A program made the position numbers and the translations under genes. DNA of 64,000 nucleotides. Origin: Variovorax sp. GTDB lineage: Bacteria; Pseudomonadota; Gammaproteobacteria; Burkholderiales; Burkholderiaceae_C. The stretch's first letter is position 1. Each line of letters starts with the position of its first letter. Location of the stretch: positions 40,268 through 104,267 of the forward strand of contig JAGIAI010000008.1 in the NCBI GenBank assembly GCA_017744935.1, written 5' to 3'. The notes beneath the pieces were generated by a model that worked only from the letters and a program-made list of their open reading frames with translations, did no database searches and was not told where the DNA came from. This document shows positions 57,486 through 64,000 of the stretch, one piece after another.

Positions 57486-58225
57486 TGTTTCTCTCGTCAT
57501 CCGTCCGAAGCCAACCCGAGTTTCGCGAAGGCATTCGCGACATGTCGCCGATCGCACTCGGCATCGGCGCCTGGGGGCTCATGACCGGCGTGGCGATGCT
57601 CAAGTCCGGCATGAGCGTTGTCGAGGCGCTCGCGATGACCTTGCTGGTTTACGCGGGAAGCTCGCAACTGGCATCCATCCCGCTGCTCATTGCAGGTGCG
57701 CCCGCATGGGTGATCCTGGCGACCGGCTTCTGCGTGAACCTGCGCTTCGTGGTCTTCAGCCTGCACCTGCGGCCGTATCTCATGCACATGCCGCGCTGGC
57801 GCCGCATGACGCACGGCTATCTCACGGCCGACATGAGCTACGCGATGTTCACGCGCAAGTACACCCGTCCGCCCGAGACCGACGCCGAGAAGCGCGCGCA
57901 GGAGGCCTACCTCACCGGCAACTACTGCGTGACCTGGTGTGCATGGATGGGCCTGAGCATGCTAGGCATCGTGCTCGCGAACATGATTCCGCAGAGCTGG
58001 GGCCTGGGCTTTGCGGGTGTGTTGAGCCTGGTTGCGATCGTCTGCTCGATGGCGACGACACGCCTGCGTGTGCTAGCGGTCGTCATCGCCGGCGCAACCG
58101 CTGTCGCCGCCTATGCACTGCCGCTCAAGCTCAACATCGTCGCGGGCATCGGTGTTGCGGTGCTGCTGTGCTTCTGGCTCGAAAAGCAGTTCGGGCTCGA
58201 TCCCGATGCCGAGGACGACAAATGA
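57485..58225 (+). CDS. azlC: AzlC-family branched-chain amino acid exporter
   Basis: YAGSSQ, VNLR, multiple TMs. Confidence 0.88.
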   Translation: MFLSSSVRSQPEFREGIRDMSPIALGIGAWGLMTGVAMLKSGMSVVEALAMTLLVYAGSSQLASIPLLIAGAPAWVILATGFCVNLRFVVFSLHLRPYLMHMPRWRRMTHGYLTADMSYAMFTRKYTRPPETDAEKRAQEAYLTGNYCVTWCAWMGLSMLGIVLANMIPQSWGLGFAGVLSLVAIVCSMATTRLRVLAVVIAGATAVAAYALPLKLNIVAGIGVAVLLCFWLEKQFGLDPDAEDDK

Positions 58226-58569
58226 CCCTTGTCGGCGGGCAAACCGATTTCTGGACGCTGGCGGTCATCGTCGGCCTCGCGGGCGTCACCGTGCTGACGC
58301 GCTGCTTCTTCTTCATCCTCGATCGGCCCTGGGGCCTGCCGGACTGGGCGCATCGCGCTCTGCACTACGCCCCGGCGGCCGCATTGGCCGCGGTGGTGAT
58401 TCCCGAGGTCGTCATGACGCAGGGCCACCTCACGACGACCCTGCAGGATGCGCGCCTCTACGGCGCAGTCGCTGGCGTCATCTATTACTTCTGGCGCGGC
58501 GGCGTGCTCGGGACGATGCTCGCGGGCATGGCGGTCTACCTGCCGCTGCACCTGGGCCTCGGCTGGTAG
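58222..58569 (+). CDS. azlD: AzlD-family protein
   Basis: ALHYAPAAALAAVVIP; ATGA-coupled to azlC. Confidence 0.88.
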   Translation: MTLVGGQTDFWTLAVIVGLAGVTVLTRCFFFILDRPWGLPDWAHRALHYAPAAALAAVVIPEVVMTQGHLTTTLQDARLYGAVAGVIYYFWRGGVLGTMLAGMAVYLPLHLGLGW

Positions 58570-58575
58570 GAGCGC

Positions 58576-59547
58576 TCAGTCGAGCTGCACGCCGGCCGTC
58601 TTGATGATCTGGCCCCAGCGCTCGTTCTCTGCGCGCGCGAGTTTGTAGAAGTCTTGTGGCGTACCAGGGAGTGCCTCGAAGCCGAATTCGGCGAAGAGCT
58701 TGACCACCTTCGGCGCCTGCATGGCCTTGTTGAGTTCGCTGTTCAGGCGCGCGACGACGTCCTTGGGCATGCCTGCCGGGCCGATCAAGCCGTGGAAGGC
58801 ATAGGCGTTGACGTCCTTGTAGCCGAGCTCGACGAAGGTCGGCACGTCGGGCAATGCGGCGGCGCGCTGCGGCAGCGCGATGGCCAGCACGCGCACCTTG
58901 CCGGACTTGATGACCTGCAGGCCCGAGGCAAGGTCCAGCATCATGGCCGGCACCTGGCCGCCCATCACGTCGGTCATCGCCGGCGCTGCGCCCTTGTAGG
59001 GCACGTGCTGGATGTCGATGCCGGCCTTCTGCTTGAAGAGTTCCATCGCCATGTGGTGCGGCGAACCGTTGCCCGGCGATGCGTAGCTCACCTTCTGTGG
59101 ATGCGCCTTCACGTAGCTCACGAACTCCGCGACCGTCTTCGCGGGGAAGTCCGGATGCACCACGAGTGCGACGGGGAAGCGGCCGATGGCGCCGATGTAA
59201 GTGAAGTCGGTAGCTGGCTTGTAGGGCAGCTTGGTGAACATGTGCTCGTTGAAGAGCAGCGCGGCGTTCTCGGCCTGCATGATCGTGTAGCCGTCGGGCT
59301 TGGCCTGCATCATCACCTGCACGCCGATGTTGGTCGACGCGCCGGGGCGGTTGTCGATCACGATCGGCTGCCCGAGCGAAGGTTGCATCGCGTCGGCGAG
59401 TGCCCGTGCGAGGTTGTCGGTGCCGCCACCTGCAACGTAGGGGACGATCCAGCGCACCGGCTGGGTCGGGTAGCTGGATTGGGCTGGCGCGTGGCTCGCC
59501 AGGGTGATCGCGAGGCCGGCGGCCAGCAGTTTCAGAAGTCGTCGCAT
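58576..59547 (-). CDS. Bug/TctC tripartite tricarboxylate transporter binding protein
   Basis: YP.QPV.WIVPY.AGGGTD, DNRPGA, PDGYT, HVPYKG, LPDVPT. Confidence 0.93.
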   Translation of the reverse strand: MRRLLKLLAAGLAITLASHAPAQSSYPTQPVRWIVPYVAGGGTDNLARALADAMQPSLGQPIVIDNRPGASTNIGVQVMMQAKPDGYTIMQAENAALLFNEHMFTKLPYKPATDFTYIGAIGRFPVALVVHPDFPAKTVAEFVSYVKAHPQKVSYASPGNGSPHHMAMELFKQKAGIDIQHVPYKGAAPAMTDVMGGQVPAMMLDLASGLQVIKSGKVRVLAIALPQRAAALPDVPTFVELGYKDVNAYAFHGLIGPAGMPKDVVARLNSELNKAMQAPKVVKLFAEFGFEALPGTPQDFYKLARAENERWGQIIKTAGVQLD

Positions 59548-59578
59548 CAGGGTTGTCTCCGTTTGAAAAGTCTCGATG

Positions 59579-60538
59579 TCAGCCGCGCAAGATTTGCCAG
59601 AGTTCCTGGTCGCGTTCGGCGGTCCAGATGACCGGGTGTTCGATGCCGCGCACCTCGTCATAGGCGCGCGAGACATCGAAAGGCAGCACGTGCTGGAAGA
59701 CCGGCCAGTCGCCGAAGCGGGGCTTCATCGCCTGCTCTGCGCGCTCGAAGCAACCGCGCAGGCCGTCGCCGGCTGCGATGCCTGTGCGCACGCTGGCGAT
59801 CAACGTCGAAAGGAAAGCCTTTGTGAGTTGGATCGCCTCGGCACACGCGGCTTCGCCCTGAAGCACCGCGCCACGGCCTGGCACGAGCACGCGCGGCTTC
59901 AGCGCAGCGACCGCGTCGAGCGTGCCCGCCCAGTCCTGGATATAGGCATCGCCGGCATAGACGCCGCAGCGGTTTTCGACGACATCGCCCGAGAACAGCA
60001 CGCCGCAATCCGGCAGCCATGCGACGGTGTCGCCGCCCGAGTGACCGCGGCCGAGGCACATCAAACGCACTTCACGTTTGCCAAGCCACAGGCTCATCTC
60101 ACGCTCGAAGCTCATCGTCGGCTCGGTGAGGCCGGGGATTTCCTCGACGCCGGCAAAGAGGCGCGGAAAGCGTCCGACCTCCGAATCGAAGTCCGCCTGC
60201 CCGCGTTCGTGCACCCAGTCCAGCGTGCCCTTGCTCGCGATGATGGCCTCGACTTCTTCGAAGGCGCTGGCGCCCATCACGCGCACCGCGTGGTAGTGGG
60301 TGAGGACGATGAATTTGATCGGCTTGTCGGTCACCTTGCGGATGTCGGCAAGGAAGTCGCGCGCCATGCGTGGTGTGGGCCGCGTGTCGATCAGTACCAC
60401 GTGCTCATCGCCGACGATGAAGCCGCAGTTGGGGTCGAAGTCGCTGATGTAGCCATAGACGTTGGGCGCGAGTTCGCGCACCTGCGGCTTCTGCTCGCGG
60501 GTGTCGGCGGCAGAAGCGAAGGAAACGGTTGTGCTCAT
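59579..60538 (-). CDS. Metallo-beta-lactamase-fold hydrolase
   Basis: LTHYHAVR, GHSGGD, FSGD, VPGRG (atypical metal ligands). Confidence 0.9.
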   Translation of the reverse strand: MSTTVSFASAADTREQKPQVRELAPNVYGYISDFDPNCGFIVGDEHVVLIDTRPTPRMARDFLADIRKVTDKPIKFIVLTHYHAVRVMGASAFEEVEAIIASKGTLDWVHERGQADFDSEVGRFPRLFAGVEEIPGLTEPTMSFEREMSLWLGKREVRLMCLGRGHSGGDTVAWLPDCGVLFSGDVVENRCGVYAGDAYIQDWAGTLDAVAALKPRVLVPGRGAVLQGEAACAEAIQLTKAFLSTLIASVRTGIAAGDGLRGCFERAEQAMKPRFGDWPVFQHVLPFDVSRAYDEVRGIEHPVIWTAERDQELWQILRG

Positions 60539-60756
60539 GTGGGGTGGCGGTTGTTGTCGGTGGGAGGAGTGGTGCCGCTTTCGCGTGCAGCGGCGATGCA
60601 GTCCAGGAGGACTTGCTGATCACCGCACTGGTTGGCCAGCAGCAGCACGAGGCGCGCGTTGTAGTCGGCGCTCTGGGCTTCGGTCAGCCCTTCGTGCGCG
60701 GCGATCCAGGCCGCGTAGAAGCCATCGGGGTCGGGAATGTGGGGCTCGGTGATCAT
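60535..60756 (-). CDS. DUF2783 family small protein
   Basis: PDGFY...AHEGL...S...NARLVLLLAN..GD. Confidence 0.88.
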   Translation of the reverse strand: MITEPHIPDPDGFYAAWIAAHEGLTEAQSADYNARLVLLLANQCGDQQVLLDCIAAARESGTTPPTDNNRHPT

Positions 60757-60769
60757 GGTTCTTCGGGGG

Positions 60770-62431
60770 TCAGCGTTGCGCGAGTGCAGTGCGAAGCGCG
60801 GCGGAGATTGATGCAGGCGTAGGGTCGTTCAGCAAGACGCCGCGATAGGCGTCCGGCCGCACGATGCAAAGGCTGCCGGGCGTTGCGCCGCCGAGATGGC
60901 GGGCCAGCACGTCGTCGGCCCTCAGCGTCGGCAACCCGCTGTCGCCGCCGACGGCGACCAGGCGCAGGGGCAACGACGCATCGAGCTCCTTCGCGGCATT
61001 GGCCTGCGCGCGTGTCGGCGCGAACCACAGGCCGAGGCATTGCGTGCCCTCTGCCAGCAGTTCCGCGATCGTGGTCGGTGTTCCGTCCTGCAATTGGAGC
61101 GCAAGGTTTTGAACCGTCTTCGCACCAGCCGGCAGATGGGGCGCGGCAGGGTATTCATTCGCGACCGACATGCGACCGGTGTTGACCAGCGCCCGGGCGA
61201 AGGGATAGCGCTGCGCAAGTGCGACTACTGCGCGTCGTATCGTGTGTTCGGCCGGTGATTGCGGCGCGAGGAAGCGCGCGGAACGGCTTGTGACACGCAG
61301 GTTCTCCACGGCGGCCGGCCGGCGCTCCGCGTCGTAGGTGTCGAGCAACGCCTCATCCGCAAGCCCCTGCGTGACGAGCGCGAGCTTCCATCCGAGATTC
61401 GCCGCATCCTGGATGCCGCTGTTGCCGCCACGTGCTCCGAAAGGGCTCACGACGTGCGCCGAATCTCCGATGAACAGGATCCGACCGTGCCGGAAGTTGT
61501 CCAGCAGGTGATCGCGGTAGCCGTAGGGACCGATCCAGACGAACTCGAATTCCACGTCGGGGCCGAGCTGTTCACGCAGGCGCGCGCCGGCCACTTCCGG
61601 CTTGCTGATGTAGGCGGTGTCGCAGTCTTCGGGCATCTGGTAGTCGATGCGCCAGACGCCGTCGCCCATCAGGTGCTGCCACACCGCACGGCCTTCGTTG
61701 AAGGGCGCGTCGACCCATGTCCAGCGCTCGACCGGCAGCGGCTTCTTGAAGCGCACATCGGTGATGCACCAGCGGTCGGTGCTGCGCGATGGGTGGGATT
61801 CGATGTCGAGCTGCGTGCGGATCGGGCTGTTCGCGCCCGTCGCGTCGATGAGATGGTCGGCCTCGATCGTGTAGCTGCCCGCAGGTGTCTCCACAGCGAT
61901 GCGCACACCGTCCGCCAGAGGCGTTACCTGCGTCACGCGGTTCTTCCAACGCAGATCGGTCACCGCCAGCTCCTTGATGCGGTCGACGAGGAACCACTCG
62001 ATGTAGAACTGCTGCAGGTTGATGAACGGTGGCTGCACCGAGACGCTGTCGGTCTTCAGGTTGAAGTTGTAGACCTCGGTGTCATCCGAGAAGGTGCGGC
62101 CGAAGGACCATGTGATGCCCTTGTCGGCGATGCGCTCGTAGATGCCGAGCCGCGCGAAGATCTCCAGGCTTTTCTGGGCATAGCAGATGCCGCGCGACGA
62201 CGCGCCGCGCACGCCGACCGTGTCGTCCTCGTCGAGCAGCACCGCGCGCATGCCGCGGCTCGCGAGGTCGCAGGCGAGCGTGAGGCCCGCGGGGCCGGCA
62301 CCGACGATCACGATCGGGTGGCGCACGACGGTGGTGCTTGCGAGTTCAGGCGGCGGCACGAACGGCCAGCTCGGCAGTTCGTAGGGGGGAGCGAAGGTGA
62401 AGGTTTCCATCGGGGTCTTCGATGTGCTCAC
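60770..62431 (-). CDS. FAD-dependent monooxygenase (MhpA/PHBH-like); start 62431 GTG or 62410 ATG
   Basis: GAGPAG, DATGA.S, GDSAHVVSPFGARGGNSGIQDAANLGWKL, VRPD. Confidence 0.92.
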   Translation of the reverse strand: MSTSKTPMETFTFAPPYELPSWPFVPPPELASTTVVRHPIVIVGAGPAGLTLACDLASRGMRAVLLDEDDTVGVRGASSRGICYAQKSLEIFARLGIYERIADKGITWSFGRTFSDDTEVYNFNLKTDSVSVQPPFINLQQFYIEWFLVDRIKELAVTDLRWKNRVTQVTPLADGVRIAVETPAGSYTIEADHLIDATGANSPIRTQLDIESHPSRSTDRWCITDVRFKKPLPVERWTWVDAPFNEGRAVWQHLMGDGVWRIDYQMPEDCDTAYISKPEVAGARLREQLGPDVEFEFVWIGPYGYRDHLLDNFRHGRILFIGDSAHVVSPFGARGGNSGIQDAANLGWKLALVTQGLADEALLDTYDAERRPAAVENLRVTSRSARFLAPQSPAEHTIRRAVVALAQRYPFARALVNTGRMSVANEYPAAPHLPAGAKTVQNLALQLQDGTPTTIAELLAEGTQCLGLWFAPTRAQANAAKELDASLPLRLVAVGGDSGLPTLRADDVLARHLGGATPGSLCIVRPDAYRGVLLNDPTPASISAALRTALAQR

Positions 62432-63549
62432 AGGGCATGCGCCCATTCGGCGATGGCGTCCGCTGCGCGCGGCACGAGTTCCGGCTGCCCCGCGAGGTAG
62501 TGGTTGCCGCCGACGATGTCGACATTGCGGATCCGGTCGCCGCCCGCCGCCATCCACGCATCGCGCGTGCTCGGGAAGGTGGACTGGTCGGCGGTGTAGG
62601 TCAGGAGCAGCTTGGGCACGGTGGTGCGCGCAAGATTGGTCGGGCCGTCGGCTTGCGAGCGCGAGGACCACTGCGACAGGAAGGCCGTCAGCGAGGTGGT
62701 GCGACCCATCGCGTTGCATGAGTAGTTCACCTGCCGCGCATCGCCCCAGACGCTGCCCGGGACGCGATCGTTCGCATCGAGCGAGAGGTCCACGCAGCGC
62801 GGATCGGCATGCGTGCGATAAACGATGAAAGCCTGGTCGCGCGGTGCGCCTGGCGTGCTGCGAAGCTGGCGGAGGCGCTCCAAAGCCCAGTTCTCGATGC
62901 GATCGAGCCGCGCCTTCTGCGCGGCGCTGAATCGCGCGAGAAAGTCCGCGTCGTAAGGCACGCGATGGCGCGCGTCGTACATGTCGAGTTCGGGGTCGAC
63001 CGACAGCGGATCGTGCTCGTCAGTGACCGATGGATCGATCCAGTCGCGCATCAGCCGCGTGCGGCCGAGGTGCGCGGCGCACAACGCGATGCCATCGACC
63101 GGCGGAAGATCGTCGGGATGCAGATGCGTCGGATCGCCGTCCGCGAAGTGATGGGCCGTGAGCTTCTCGGCCTGCGCCTGATAGAAGCTCGCGAGCGCCG
63201 CGCCGCCGGAGTTGCCGATGAGCACGACCTTTTCGTAGCCCATCTCGCGCAGGTGCTTCACGCCCGCGCCGAGGTCCTGGATGGCGCGCTCCATCAGCAG
63301 CACGGTGTCGTTGCCCATGTAGCGCGAGTTCAGGCCCATGCAGCAGATGCCGCGCTCGGCGAGCGGGCCGATCAGGTAGTGGCCCATGAAATTACTCGTG
63401 GGGTGCATCACGATCGCCGCGAGCTTCTTCGGGCCGGCGGGGGCCCGGTAGGCGCCGAAGATGCGCGGGCGCAGCATCTGCAGACCCGACTGGCTTTCGA
63501 GTGCGGCGCCGGGCTTGACGTCGATGACGGCGAGTTGCAGTTCAGCCAT
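62428..63549 (-). CDS. Alpha/beta hydrolase
   Basis: Nucleophile elbow GNSGG, D in TADQ, H in GNHY. Confidence 0.85.
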   Translation of the reverse strand: MAELQLAVIDVKPGAALESQSGLQMLRPRIFGAYRAPAGPKKLAAIVMHPTSNFMGHYLIGPLAERGICCMGLNSRYMGNDTVLLMERAIQDLGAGVKHLREMGYEKVVLIGNSGGAALASFYQAQAEKLTAHHFADGDPTHLHPDDLPPVDGIALCAAHLGRTRLMRDWIDPSVTDEHDPLSVDPELDMYDARHRVPYDADFLARFSAAQKARLDRIENWALERLRQLRSTPGAPRDQAFIVYRTHADPRCVDLSLDANDRVPGSVWGDARQVNYSCNAMGRTTSLTAFLSQWSSRSQADGPTNLARTTVPKLLLTYTADQSTFPSTRDAWMAAGGDRIRNVDIVGGNHYLAGQPELVPRAADAIAEWAHAL

Positions 63550-64000
63550 GCGCCGCCTTTCGCAGCCCGGCCTTGCGTTCGGTCCATGCATCGAGCTCGG
63601 CGCGGGCCTTGCGGGCGTGGGCGTCCATCTCCGACGTCGGGACCGTGGGCGTGGTGAGTTCGAGGCGGATGCCGTTCGGATCGAAGAAGTAGATCGACTC
63701 GATGATGTGGTGATCCGTCGGGCCCAGCACCTCGACGCCGGCGGCTTCGAGTCGCGATTTGGCGGCCATCAGTTCTTCGACGGAATCCACGCGCAGCGCG
63801 ATGTGGTTGACCCATGACGGCGTATTGGGCGAAGGCAGCGCGGCGACGTCGTCGCCGAGGTCGAAGAAGGCGATGTACGAGCCGTCGCGCATCTGGAAAA
63901 AGATGTGCACGTACGGGCAGTATTCGCCGGTGCTCGGCACGTGGTCGCTCTTGATGACGTGCGTGAGAGGCAGGCCCAGCAGGTCTTCATAGAAGCGGCG
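63542..64000 (-). CDS. VOC/glyoxalase family protein, 5'-truncated by the window edge
   Basis: FYEDLLGL...YVHIFF...IAFFD...NHIAL...SIYFFDPNGIRLEL. Confidence 0.9.
   Translation of the reverse strand, partial: RRFYEDLLGLPLTHVIKSDHVPSTGEYCPYVHIFFQMRDGSYIAFFDLGDDVAALPSPNTPSWVNHIALRVDSVEELMAAKSRLEAAGVEVLGPTDHHIIESIYFFDPNGIRLELTTPTVPTSEMDAHARKARAELDAWTERKAGLRKAAHG

Overview
GC-rich betaproteobacterial chromosome segment. Gene content and style suggest Comamonadaceae, probably Variovorax-like; this is an inference. Most of the window is core or metabolic: yhdP-nitrilase, a PAS two-component pair, ompA, mltA, phoX, Lrp+mdeB, the ltnD-otnK-otnC-otnI tetronate operon, a CoxMNOPQ-type oxidase, Lrp+fused IorAB, yajC-secDF, DUF1631, smg-dprA-LysM/def-fmt, azlCD, and an uncharacterised VOC/hydrolase/monooxygenase/DUF2783/MBL/Bug cluster. 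The most interesting region is 14-30 kb. (i) An orphan hcp-Amidase_2 effector-immunity islet (T6SS-type). (ii) An XVIPCD-bearing HExxH effector with an upstream dual-start immunity lipoprotein (X-T4SS-type), frameshifted inside its secretion signal. (iii) A tetronate operon translationally coupled to a CodA/pterin-deaminase-like gene, facing a RutR-boxed creatininase/ABC/FAD-oxidase/reductase operon; I propose this is a candidate pterin (neopterin/monapterin)-to-tetronate catabolic system. A ~90-nt multi-hairpin repeat with compensatory base changes occurs three times just after stop codons. The DUF1631 gene carries an in-frame TAG. No rRNA, tRNA, CRISPR array or transposase was seen. All product calls come from motif recognition by eye, not database searches.
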